Notes under the pieces: generated by a model
The model's database searches: none
Told to the model about the DNA's origin: nothing
Seen by the model: only the letters and a program-made list of their open reading frames with translations
Source of the DNA: an uncultured delta proteobacterium
GTDB lineage: Bacteria > Myxococcota_A > Polyangia > Fen-1088
Assembly: GCA_963737265.1 (NCBI GenBank)
Contig: CAVTRY010000022.1
Coordinates: 1 to 64,000 of the forward strand
DNA length: 64,000 bases
Direction: 5' to 3'
Part shown: piece after piece, positions 40,327 through 48,891 of the stretch
How positions within the stretch are numbered: position 1 is the first letter of the stretch
Layout: every line of letters begins with the position of its first letter
Made by a program: the position numbers and the translations under genes

Positions 40327-40902
40327 GGTGCTTCCCTGAAATGGGGGCTGGGGCTTCACCTCGCCCCGCGCAGGTGGGATCGGAGGGAAAAACAGGGAGG
40401 AACGGAGGACCAGAGGGATCACGGGTTGGGTTGAGAGGCGGCGGAGACCCTCGCGAAGTACGGGGACGTGGAAATTGACGAGCAGGCCCACCGGCAGTCG
40501 TAGGAGCTTGAGATAGGTAATGACTGTGCCAAGTGGACAGGAAGCAACTGCTCTACCGCCTTGACTTCGACGACCAAACGGCCTTCCACCATGAGGTCGA
40601 GGCGATAGCCGCAGTCGAGGTCAATGCCTTTGTACTGCAGAGGAATCGCGACCTGACGTTGCGTGCGAAATCCACGCAGGCCTAGCTCGCGCGCCAGGCA
40701 GTGCTCGTAGGCCGACTCAAGCAGCCCGGGACCGAGGTGACGGTGGACTTCGATGCAGGCGGCGATAATTTGCCCAGTAAAGTCATCCTGTCTCTGTTTC
40801 TCCGTTCCTCGCTGTTCCATATCTGCGTTTTCGGCGGCACTCCGCCAGAAGTTGCTACCTCACCGAGCCCCCGGCTGGGGCCCCCGTTTCAGGGAGGCAC
40901 CC
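40327..40902 (-). mobile_element. Non-autonomous TIR element carrying a GxxExxY gene, copy 2 (inverted)
   Basis: Near-identical reverse complement of copy 1. Flanked by TCCCCGCGAT at 40317..40326 and 40903..40912. Confidence 0.9.
40419..40820 (-). pseudogene. GxxExxY protein, frameshifted after HLAQ
   Basis: EVHRHLGPGLLESAYEHCL...GYRLDLMVE...VEVKAVE. The expected ITYLKL...GLLVNF continuation is in another frame. Confidence 0.88.
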
Positions 40903-41179
40903 TCCCCGCGATGGACATAACGGTGGCCTCGAGCGTCGGATCAATGCCCTACCGGTGGTCGCGAATTCGAGACTTTGGGATTGCGCGCGAAGCCCGCGCT
41001 ATATGGAATCGTGATCCCATCGGTGCTCCACGAAGCAGGATGAGCGCAAGGTCCGGCTGGCGCGCTGGCGCCCGCGGTGTCAGCATTGGCGCGTGCGTCT
41101 GCTGGGGTGTGCAACCAGGTAAGCCTAATCATGGAATAGCATGGGATTCGGTGTGGCTAATACGAAGGTGGCGACCACC

Positions 41180-41270
41180 GTCGACCTGGGCAGCCGCGTC
41201 TACGTCAAAGGCCGGCGCTTCTCTTCGGCCCCGCTGCGGCGCGGGGACGTGGTTCGGCCGGGTGGCTGGG
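41180..41270 (+). repeat. Decayed ~90-bp copy of the FHA-coding segment 39079..39175
   Basis: GTCGACCTGGGCAGCCG...CGGCCCCGCTGCGGCGCGGGGACGTGGT...GGTGGCTGGG is shared, with a 6-nt deletion. Confidence 0.85.
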
Positions 41271-41280
41271 AGGCCGGGCC

Positions 41281-42702
41281 GTGAGCACCAAATTGCAGAC
41301 CAGTCGGGTCGGCGATCTCGTGGGGGAGAAATACCGCATCCTTCGTATCATCGCGGAAGGCGGAATGGGCGTCGTGTATGAGGCGCAGCACGCAGTGGTC
41401 AAGCGACGCTTCGCCATCAAGTTTCTACGCACCGATCTCGCCGACCGCCGCGATCTGCTGACCAGGTTTCATCGCGAGGCAGAGTCCGCCGGGGCGCTCG
41501 AGAGCGAGCACATCGCGGCGGCCATCGACTTTGGCATTCATGGCGATGGCACGCCCTACATCGTGATGGAATATCTCGTCGGTGAGAGCCTTGCTGCGCT
41601 GCTTGCGCGGGATGGGCGCCTGCCAGTGGGGCGCGCGGTCGACCTGTGTCTTCAGGCGTGCAAGGGCGTGCAGGCGGCGCACAGTGCGGGCATCGTCCAC
41701 CGCGACCTCAAGCCAGAGAATCTGTTTGTCACTCGACGCGAGGACGGCAGCGACGTCGTCAAGGTGCTCGACTTTGGCGTTGCGAAGCTGGAGCAGGCCG
41801 AGATCAGCCACGCGGCGACGACCACGGGAACCATTCTTGGAACGCCAGCTTACATGTCGCCCGAGCAAGCGCGCGGCGACAAGAGCATCGATCACAGAAC
41901 CGACGTTTACGGATTGGCGGCCATCTTGTTCGAGATGCTCTCGGGAAAGAAGCCTCATCCGGGGGATTCCCCCAATGCGATCCTGCACCACATTGCCACG
42001 CAACCTGCTCTGCCCCTAGCTTCGGTCGAGCCCGATCTACCGCCGCTGCTCGTGGACACGGTCGAGCGCGCTTTGTCATGCGATCGAAGCCAGCGCCACG
42101 CTTCCGCGGAAGCGCTGGGACTTGCGCTCGTGCCATTCACGAAGCGCGAGGTGTGGCCTGCGGCGAATGGTTCCGACCCGATTTCCGAGGTGGCCGCGGC
42201 ATCGCCCGTGCCGGGTTGGCGGTCGGCGGACTTCGAGAGTCCCACCGTTCCTGCTTCGGGGAAGCCGGCACGGCCTCGCCGACACCCGTGGACCATCGCC
42301 GCGGTTGGCGCCGGACTGGTCGCCCTGGCCGTCATTGCGATCTTGGTGGGAGCGAGGAGCACCCAACCTCCGAACGTGACGCAGACCGCGCCCGACAATG
42401 GCCACCGCCCCATCGTGCCTACGCCAGCCGAGCTGCCGGCGCCCGCGCCCGTGCCGGCCGAAACAGCGGTCCTTGCGCCCAACAGCGAGCAGGTGGCAAC
42501 GACCAGCGAGCCTCCGCCGTCCCACTTGGGCGACCGTCCGCGGCCCGCGCGGAGTCGCGCCGAACGTCCGATCGGACGTCCCACCGAACGTCCAGGAGAG
42601 ATTCGGGATTCCACGCCGTCGCTTTCCGCCCCACCGCCCGGTTCCTCGCAAGCGCACTCGGCGCCCGTCACTTTCGACCCGCACAATCCGTACGGAGACT
42701 GA
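41281..42702 (+). CDS. Membrane Ser/Thr protein kinase, close paralogue of the kinase part of 35648..38074
   Basis: AEGGMGVVY, HRDLKPEN, DFG, YMSPE; one TM helix; Pro-rich tail ending FDPHNPYGD; GGAGG upstream of the GTG start. Confidence 0.92.
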   Translation: MSTKLQTSRVGDLVGEKYRILRIIAEGGMGVVYEAQHAVVKRRFAIKFLRTDLADRRDLLTRFHREAESAGALESEHIAAAIDFGIHGDGTPYIVMEYLVGESLAALLARDGRLPVGRAVDLCLQACKGVQAAHSAGIVHRDLKPENLFVTRREDGSDVVKVLDFGVAKLEQAEISHAATTTGTILGTPAYMSPEQARGDKSIDHRTDVYGLAAILFEMLSGKKPHPGDSPNAILHHIATQPALPLASVEPDLPPLLVDTVERALSCDRSQRHASAEALGLALVPFTKREVWPAANGSDPISEVAAASPVPGWRSADFESPTVPASGKPARPRRHPWTIAAVGAGLVALAVIAILVGARSTQPPNVTQTAPDNGHRPIVPTPAELPAPAPVPAETAVLAPNSEQVATTSEPPPSHLGDRPRPARSRAERPIGRPTERPGEIRDSTPSLSAPPPGSSQAHSAPVTFDPHNPYGD

Positions 42703-42703
42703 G

Positions 42704-43861
42704 ATGGCATACGATGTGCTGACCAATTCCCACCAGGGGCGCACGTCGCGGATTCTAATCATCATAATGGTGGTGCTCGGTTGGACAAGGACAGCACGGA
42801 CAGCCGAGCCATCACCTGAAGACGCACGTGAGGCGGCGAGACTGCACTACGCTCGTGGGCTCGAGCTGGCCGGCCAGGCCGACTACGAGGCCGCGCTGCG
42901 AGAGTTTACCGAGGCGTACGCGGTCAGCCCACACTTTGCCGTTCTCTACAACATCGGTCAGGCCGAGTTCGCGCTCGGCCGTCCCCAGGAAGCCATCGAA
43001 AGCCTATCCAGGTACCTGCGCGACGGTCAGGAGCAGATCCCGCCGACGCGGCGCCAGGACGTGCAGGCACAAATCGCACTTCTGGAGTCCCTTTTTGCCG
43101 AGCTGACGATCAACGCCGACCGTTCGGGTGTGCTGATCGCAGTCGATGGTCGCGAGATCGGCCGCACTCCCCTCTACCAGAGCATCAGGCTTGCGACCGG
43201 GACGCACAGGGTTGCCGCCACCCTGGAAGGAACGGAGACAATCAATCGAACCGTGACGCTCGTACCGGGGGATCGCCAGGTTCTGACCCTGGAGATGCCC
43301 GCTCCACCCGTGGCGGCGGCGAAGGTCGCGCAGGTTGAACCTGCGCCAGCCGTGCTTCCACCCGCAGGCGCGCCGACGGCGTTTGGGGCCGAGGCGGGCC
43401 CGAAAGCTCTACCCGAGTCGGCACTTGAGCGGCGAGTTGAGCCCGGCACACAAGCTCGGCGGCGCACGATGTCCATCTTGGGGTATTCAGCCGCTGGGGT
43501 GGGCGTGGCGCTTGGCGGCGCGGCACTTGGCGTGTACCTGTGGAATCGTGGTCGCTATCAGGATTGGCAAGACAACAACGCGGCTCTTCAGCAAGACAAG
43601 GGCGCGATCGACTTCCACGCCCGTCAGATGGCGAACAACCAGCTCGCCGACTCGCTCACGCGGGCCAACCATGTCATCGTGGGCCTGTCCATCGCTGGCG
43701 GAGTGCTCCTTGTGGGAGGTGTCGTACTCTGGGCGCGCGATCGGCTCCGGGGTGCGAACGAAGTGGAGGCTTCACCGGGCAAGACAGTTTCCGGCATCAG
43801 CATGGGATTGGCCTGGCAAGGGCGCTCGTCGGCAAACATTTCCTGGAGTGCTCCGTGGTAG
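42704..43861 (+). CDS. Secreted TPR + PEGA domain protein
   Basis: ARLHYARG...VLYNIGQA (TPR); IAVDGREIGRTPL (PEGA); hydrophobic helices and a terminal aromatic residue. Confidence 0.85.
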   Translation: MAYDVLTNSHQGRTSRILIIIMVVLGWTRTARTAEPSPEDAREAARLHYARGLELAGQADYEAALREFTEAYAVSPHFAVLYNIGQAEFALGRPQEAIESLSRYLRDGQEQIPPTRRQDVQAQIALLESLFAELTINADRSGVLIAVDGREIGRTPLYQSIRLATGTHRVAATLEGTETINRTVTLVPGDRQVLTLEMPAPPVAAAKVAQVEPAPAVLPPAGAPTAFGAEAGPKALPESALERRVEPGTQARRRTMSILGYSAAGVGVALGGAALGVYLWNRGRYQDWQDNNAALQQDKGAIDFHARQMANNQLADSLTRANHVIVGLSIAGGVLLVGGVVLWARDRLRGANEVEASPGKTVSGISMGLAWQGRSSANISWSAPW

Positions 43862-43881
43862 CGGCGCTAACCGCCACACGA

Positions 43882-44577
43882 ATGCGCGGAATTGGATTTC
43901 TCCTACCTACCCTGGTACTTCAGGCCTGCTTTGACGTGCACCAGGTCGATCCAGGCAATGGACGCTTCGTCATCGACGACTTCGAAGACGGCGACCCGCT
44001 GCCCAAGGCTACGCCTCTGTTTCGCCAATGGCAGTGCTACACGTACAATCCGAACATTGGACAAGACCCGGCTCAGATTCAGACTGTGAGTTGCGACGTG
44101 AGGCCCCCCGGCGACAAAAGTGACTACGCAATGGTTACCAAGTTCGCTCTGCATAATTTACCCAATGAGGATTTGCAAGGCGGGGCTGCCTTGGTGACGA
44201 GTGCCGACCCAATGGTCGATCTCAATGGCTACCAGAACCTCGTCTTCAACTTGAGGGTCGATTTCGGCGATCTTCCTTCGACCAGCTTTGCATACGTGGC
44301 TCTCGACTGCGATTCAGTCACGGCGGAGAGTAAAAAGGTGGAAACCGACTTATTCCAAGTTGAGCAGCGGATCCCAGCCCCCAGCAATAGCTGGTCGACA
44401 ATTACACTGCCGCTGTCGAAGTTCGCCCAGCCCACATGGCAGAACAACCGCTTCGCTGACGGAACACAAGCATGTCTGGCCGTCGTCGATAGCATCAACT
44501 TTGGGGTCAACGGACAACTAGTGGGTGACCAATCGGGACATGGAGTTATCTACCTTGACGACGTCTCTTTGCAGTAG
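43882..44577 (+). CDS. Lipoprotein with CBM11/CIA30-like beta-sandwich domain
   Basis: Lipobox LQAC; VIDDFEDG, VDLNGYQNLVF, WSTITLPLSKFAQPTW, IYLDDVSL. Start may be the GTG at 43855. Confidence 0.65.
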   Translation: MRGIGFLLPTLVLQACFDVHQVDPGNGRFVIDDFEDGDPLPKATPLFRQWQCYTYNPNIGQDPAQIQTVSCDVRPPGDKSDYAMVTKFALHNLPNEDLQGGAALVTSADPMVDLNGYQNLVFNLRVDFGDLPSTSFAYVALDCDSVTAESKKVETDLFQVEQRIPAPSNSWSTITLPLSKFAQPTWQNNRFADGTQACLAVVDSINFGVNGQLVGDQSGHGVIYLDDVSLQ

Positions 44578-44581
44578 CTTG

Positions 44582-45451
44582 ATGGCGCATCCAGGCGTGC
44601 GCCCGACAGCAGCATGGACGCTCGCGACTTGCCTTCTGTCCGGAATAGCGGCGTGCTCTGGTGGGACAGCAGGTACCAGCTATACGAAGATCGACGATAT
44701 GGAAGGCACCAGTGGTCTGATCGAGTGGATCCCCCCGACAGGCAACCCGGGCGCTTGGACCTCGTACACCGATACCCAGTGTGACCGAATCCTGCCAATG
44801 CCGGTCTATGCCGGAGGAACTTGGTCGTATGAGCCGGTGCCAGAGTACCAGACCTTCCCAGGAATCACCAGTAAAGCCGCCGCGCGCCTGCGCACCACCT
44901 CGCCGCTGATCAACCAGTTGGGTGCGGGTATCGCGTTCGATTTTGCAGACCTGACTCAGGCGCCCAATGACGCCGGGGCGTCCGCAGGTATACCCGCATG
45001 CATTCCTTTCTATCAGTACACTAAGAACACGCCATCGGTGACGGTCGATCTAACCGCCTACAGGGGCATCTCCTTCTGGGGCATGGCCAGCCCAGGCGCG
45101 GGCACCGGACGTGTCTATCTCAACGTCGTGGACAACCAGACCGATCCACGTGGGGAATTCTGCGTTCCCGACCCCACCAGCGCCCTAGGCTGTAACACCG
45201 TGTCCCGGTTTCCAGTTGATCTCACCAGCACATTTACCCAGTACACCGTCGATTTTTCCCAACTCAGGCGGGATGTAGGTTGGAGTTACCATGCTACCCC
45301 CGACGTTCTCGACCTCGAGAAAGTCTATTCCCTTTGGTTCCAAGTAGAAAACCCCGGCGGCAACTGTCCCCCTCCCTCGGTCTGCGCGGGGCAGCCACCG
45401 AGCCTCACCTTCGACTTCTGGATCGACGATCTGTACTTCGTCAACAAGTGA
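44582..45451 (+). CDS. Lipoprotein with CBM11-like domain
   Basis: Lipobox IAAC; IDDMEG, VDLTAYRGISFW, YTVDFSQL, FDFWIDDLYF. Confidence 0.7.
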   Translation: MAHPGVRPTAAWTLATCLLSGIAACSGGTAGTSYTKIDDMEGTSGLIEWIPPTGNPGAWTSYTDTQCDRILPMPVYAGGTWSYEPVPEYQTFPGITSKAAARLRTTSPLINQLGAGIAFDFADLTQAPNDAGASAGIPACIPFYQYTKNTPSVTVDLTAYRGISFWGMASPGAGTGRVYLNVVDNQTDPRGEFCVPDPTSALGCNTVSRFPVDLTSTFTQYTVDFSQLRRDVGWSYHATPDVLDLEKVYSLWFQVENPGGNCPPPSVCAGQPPSLTFDFWIDDLYFVNK

Positions 45452-45467
45452 GCCAGCGAAGCATCCA

Positions 45468-45484
45468 TGCTATCATTGATATCA
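45468..45484. promoter_or_regulatory. Putative antitoxin operator TGCTATCA-T-TGATATCA
   Basis: Inverted repeat directly before the antitoxin ATG. The half-site equals the FitA-type TGCTATCA. Confidence 0.6.
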
Positions 45485-45486
45485 AT

Positions 45487-45717
45487 ATGGCGCAGCTCAT
45501 CGTGAGGGACATTCCCCAGCAGGTGGTTAGCCGACTCAAGCAGCGAGCCGCAAGTCGCGGACATTCAGCCGAAGAAGAGCATCGCGAGATCCTCAAGCAG
45601 GCGCTGCTCCCGCCGCCAGCACCCTCGTTGAAAACGATGCTGTGCGAAATTCCCGATGTGGGGCGCGACTCCGACTTCGGACGACCGCGACGCTTGGGGC
45701 GGCGAGTTGCGTGGTGA
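45487..45717 (+). CDS. FitA-like ribbon-helix-helix antitoxin
   Basis: MAQLIVRDIPQQVVSRLKQRAASRGHSAEEEHREIL; overlaps the toxin start (GTGA). Confidence 0.88.
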   Translation: MAQLIVRDIPQQVVSRLKQRAASRGHSAEEEHREILKQALLPPPAPSLKTMLCEIPDVGRDSDFGRPRRLGRRVAW

Positions 45718-46139
45718 AGGGCTTTCTGATCGATACAAACGTCCTCTCGGAACTACGCAAAGGCGCACGCGCCGATGTCAACGTTCGGCGGTGGTTCGAG
45801 GGAATTGATGAGAGCTCAATCTTCTTGAGCCTCTTGGTCACAGGCGAGATTCGGCGCGGGATCGAGTCAATCCGGAAGCGCGATCCGCGCGCTGCCTCGA
45901 CACTGGAACGCTGGCTCGACAACGTGATGGAGGCGCATTCCGAGCGCGTCCTGCCGGTCGACGCCGCGACTGCGGACGAGTGGGGGAGGCTCGACGCTCG
46001 AGGGAGCTTGCCAGTTGTAGACGGATTGCTAGCTGCGACGGCACGGGTACACGACCTGACGCTGGTCACTCGCAACGTGAAGGATGTTGTCCGAACCGGC
46101 GCCGACGTGCTCGATCCCTTCTCCGCGACAGCGCGTTAA
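45714..46139 (+). CDS. vapC: PIN-domain toxin
   Basis: FLIDTNVLSE, GEIRRG, DGLLAATA, LVTRNVKD. Confidence 0.92.
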   Translation: MKGFLIDTNVLSELRKGARADVNVRRWFEGIDESSIFLSLLVTGEIRRGIESIRKRDPRAASTLERWLDNVMEAHSERVLPVDAATADEWGRLDARGSLPVVDGLLAATARVHDLTLVTRNVKDVVRTGADVLDPFSATAR

Positions 46140-46281
46140 GTCGCGGGTGGAGTCGTCATGCCAGTGTCTCGCCTGGCTGCAAGGCAAGTCATCGGCACTC
46201 TTCTGCGCACAAAGGCACTAAACGGAGCGGACCGATAGCTCGGCAACAGGTGAGCCGCCGACATGGCCTCGGGACTCTTGT

Positions 46282-46297
46282 TGGTACGGTCGTTGCT
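46282..46297 (+). promoter_or_regulatory. sigma54 -24/-12 promoter
   Basis: TGGTACGGTCGTTGCT upstream of the AGGAGG SD and the GTG start at 46325. Confidence 0.8.
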
Positions 46298-46324
46298 TCG
46301 GCTTCGTATAGGAGGAACTAACAC

Positions 46325-48463
46325 GTGACAAAACGTCTTTTGAAACCGGCGTCGGACACCTTCGCATTAGCCGCCACCATGGCGTGCCGACTCTTGCTTC
46401 TAGCCGAGGTCGCCGCCTGCTCGAGCCAGCCCCTCGCGAGCAGCGACGGCGGAAACGGCGGAAACGCCGACGGCAGCCTTGCCGACATCGTTGCCCAGCC
46501 AGTCAGTGGCACCATCATCGTATCGGCCGCCGCGCGCAAGCCACGCACGACGACCTGGTCGGTAAATTACTGGAATTGGATGCCGAGCTACGGCGATGAC
46601 GTGACCGGGACTGAGACGGAGATCGCCGCGCTCAAGCCGGCCGTCATGCGCATCGGTGGGTACAACAACGATGCGAACACCGCCGACCCCTTCGACAATG
46701 CCCAACTCGACCGGGCTGTTGCGTACGCGCGCGCCATCGGCGCCGAGCCCCTCATCCAGGTGCCGCTCCTCGCCGACGTCGACGGCAGCCCGCCGACCGC
46801 CGCTACGGCGGCCGCCATGGTGAGGTATGCAAACGTGACGAAGGGCTACGGAATCAAGTATTTCTCCGTCGGTAACGAACCCGACCTGTACGCGACGCAA
46901 GGCTCCCTGACCGACCCGGCGCAGCCAGCTTTCCCCAACTACAAGCCATCCGACTACTGCGCGTCGGCGCGGGCCTATGTGACGGCCATGAAAGCGGCCG
47001 ATGGAACGATAGCGATAATCGGCCCCGATTTGTCCTGGCATTACATCCCTGGCAACGATTGGCTCACGCCGATCCTCCAAGGCTGCGGCGATCTCTTCGA
47101 TGTCGTCGCTATCCATCGCTACCCATTCAACTCGAAGCAGGCGACGCTCGCTGCCGCCAGCGGCGACGCGACGTCATTTGCCAGCACTCTCACGTCGGTT
47201 CGGGCGCTCATACGGGCGGCCGGCTACGGCGACAAGCCGTTGGCGATCACCGAGATGAACATCGCGTACGACTCGACGGCTTGCCAGCTCGGCGCATCGT
47301 CAGGCACGATTGGCTCGGCGCTGTGGCTGGCGGACGGGCTAGGGACGGCCATCGAAAATAGTCTCTGGACATCCGCGCTTTGGGACATTGGCGACGACGA
47401 CCTGTGGGCACTTGGCCTTATCGGTCCGCACCCGCTGCATCAGCCGCGCCCGGAGTACTACGCGTATCAACTCTATGCCGATCACTTTGGCCCAACGCTC
47501 GTCGACGTTACGCAGTCGCCAGCGAATGTCCGTGCCTACGCCAGCCGCAATCAGGCCGACGATACGACCCTACTCATCATCGTCAATTGGAGCACGTTGT
47601 CCGCGCCGCTGGCCGTTCAGGTGACGGGGCTTAGCGCGGCCCCGGCGCCGGCACTTTATACGGTGCCGGGTTTGTCGATCTCTGCGGTGGAGATTGCGGA
47701 CAACGGCGCCACCACGGCGTGGACCTACAGCGACGAGCAGCATCGGGTCGGTCAGGGGCCGGTTCCGCTTGCAGCGGGTGCGAGCACAGCAAGGGACGGT
47801 GGCCTTCCTCAGCTCACCAACGCGTGTTCCGCCGATGCGGCTTTCGTCTGCCCCAAGGTCGTGCTTTCGAGCGCGTCGATTACAACGGCGGTCGCGACCT
47901 CTGGAGACACGCTGCTCTTCGGCACCCCACCTTACCAATGGCAGTCGTACACCTACGGCTCAAACGGGCAGACCGCGCCGACCATTGGGTTGACGCCCGA
48001 CGGGAATGGCATCGTGATTGCGGGCGCGTTCGTCCCTCCGATCAGCCAAAATTGGATGGGCACGGGGCTCTACTTCAATGGTGCGAGCTGCATCGACGGA
48101 TCGACCTATACCGGCGTGTCCTTTGACTTCTCGGGCACTCTCGGCGACTGCACGCTGGCGGTCGGGGCGAACTTTAGCGGCGACTCCACCTCGACGGACG
48201 CGCCAGGACGCGGTAGCTGCCCCTTCGCCAGCGACTCGAATTGCTATCCCCCAATGGTCGTGGTGACTCCACCTTCCGCATTAGACGGCGGCCCAACCGG
48301 AACCACGACGTTCAAGGTCCCCTTCGCCTTGATGGGCAGCGGCAGTCCGACCCCCAAGATCGACCCATCCACAATCATCACCGTGCAATGGCAGCTAGGC
48401 GCGCGCAGCGGGGGTCCGGGCTGTTCGGCAAGCTTCACGGTCGAAAACGTCGCGTTTTATTAG
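46325..48463 (+). CDS. Lipoprotein glycoside hydrolase (GH44/GH51/GH79-like barrel) with C-terminal CBM-like domain
   Basis: Lipobox VAAC; MRIGGY, FSVGNEPDLY, IHRYPF, LAITEMN; C-terminal DGSTYTGVSF...TVENVAFY. Exact family uncertain. Confidence 0.8.
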   Translation: MTKRLLKPASDTFALAATMACRLLLLAEVAACSSQPLASSDGGNGGNADGSLADIVAQPVSGTIIVSAAARKPRTTTWSVNYWNWMPSYGDDVTGTETEIAALKPAVMRIGGYNNDANTADPFDNAQLDRAVAYARAIGAEPLIQVPLLADVDGSPPTAATAAAMVRYANVTKGYGIKYFSVGNEPDLYATQGSLTDPAQPAFPNYKPSDYCASARAYVTAMKAADGTIAIIGPDLSWHYIPGNDWLTPILQGCGDLFDVVAIHRYPFNSKQATLAAASGDATSFASTLTSVRALIRAAGYGDKPLAITEMNIAYDSTACQLGASSGTIGSALWLADGLGTAIENSLWTSALWDIGDDDLWALGLIGPHPLHQPRPEYYAYQLYADHFGPTLVDVTQSPANVRAYASRNQADDTTLLIIVNWSTLSAPLAVQVTGLSAAPAPALYTVPGLSISAVEIADNGATTAWTYSDEQHRVGQGPVPLAAGASTARDGGLPQLTNACSADAAFVCPKVVLSSASITTAVATSGDTLLFGTPPYQWQSYTYGSNGQTAPTIGLTPDGNGIVIAGAFVPPISQNWMGTGLYFNGASCIDGSTYTGVSFDFSGTLGDCTLAVGANFSGDSTSTDAPGRGSCPFASDSNCYPPMVVVTPPSALDGGPTGTTTFKVPFALMGSGSPTPKIDPSTIITVQWQLGARSGGPGCSASFTVENVAFY

Positions 48464-48605
48464 CCCCAAAACCGACGCCAAGGTTGTTACAAAAAGTTTA
48501 CATGCCACGGCTGGCCAAACCGCGGCGTTCCTAGCATAACTCGGCTGTCACGACTTAACACCCATAGCCAATCTTAAGCCAATCTTAGGTTGTACCCTCC
48601 GAAAC

Positions 48606-48643
48606 ACAGCCATCTGCCCCTGCAATATGGGGCAGATGGCTGT
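48606..48643. repeat. Perfect 15-bp intergenic inverted repeat
   Basis: ACAGCCATCTGCCCC-TGCAATAT-GGGGCAGATGGCTGT, followed by TTG. Confidence 0.7.
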
Positions 48644-48682
48644 TTGCTTGTGCGCTGCAAAAACGGACGACATGGACGTCCG

Positions 48683-48716
48683 GCGGACGTCCGGCCCCGT
48701 CCGGCCCGACGTCCAC
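48683..48716 (+). promoter_or_regulatory. Candidate upstream activator site GCGGACGTCCG-N12-CCGACGTCCAC
   Basis: Matches 35539..35572(-). An extra GGACGTCC at 48674 lies 11 bp before the one at 48685. Confidence 0.65.
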
Positions 48717-48818
48717 TTGACCCGCGCGCGGCACACGCGCAGTATCTTTCCGGCGGCCGTGAAGATAAGCGCCGCGCTCTATTGGTGCGAATCGAAATTG
48801 GGACCGCGGCATCAGTAT

Positions 48819-48834
48819 TGGTCCATGAGTTGCA
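48819..48834 (+). promoter_or_regulatory. sigma54 -24/-12 promoter of the GH6 lipoprotein gene
   Basis: TGGTCCATGAGTTGCA; GG-N10-GC spacing with a weaker -24 box. Confidence 0.65.
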
Positions 48835-48891
48835 ACTCGGGCAAAGCGCAACTGGACTCATCCGGAATGCACTTACAGAAAGGACGAAACT

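Noticed and set aside
38135-40902. Composite transposon carrying the FHA-sigma54 gene
   Set aside because: Each element has its own target duplication and the outer flanks do not match each other. No transposase is present.
39079-41270. Diversity-generating retroelement template/variable repeat pair (also considered for 9940/12357)
   Set aside because: The differences are not adenine-specific, the FHA pair includes a deletion, and no reverse transcriptase is present in the window.
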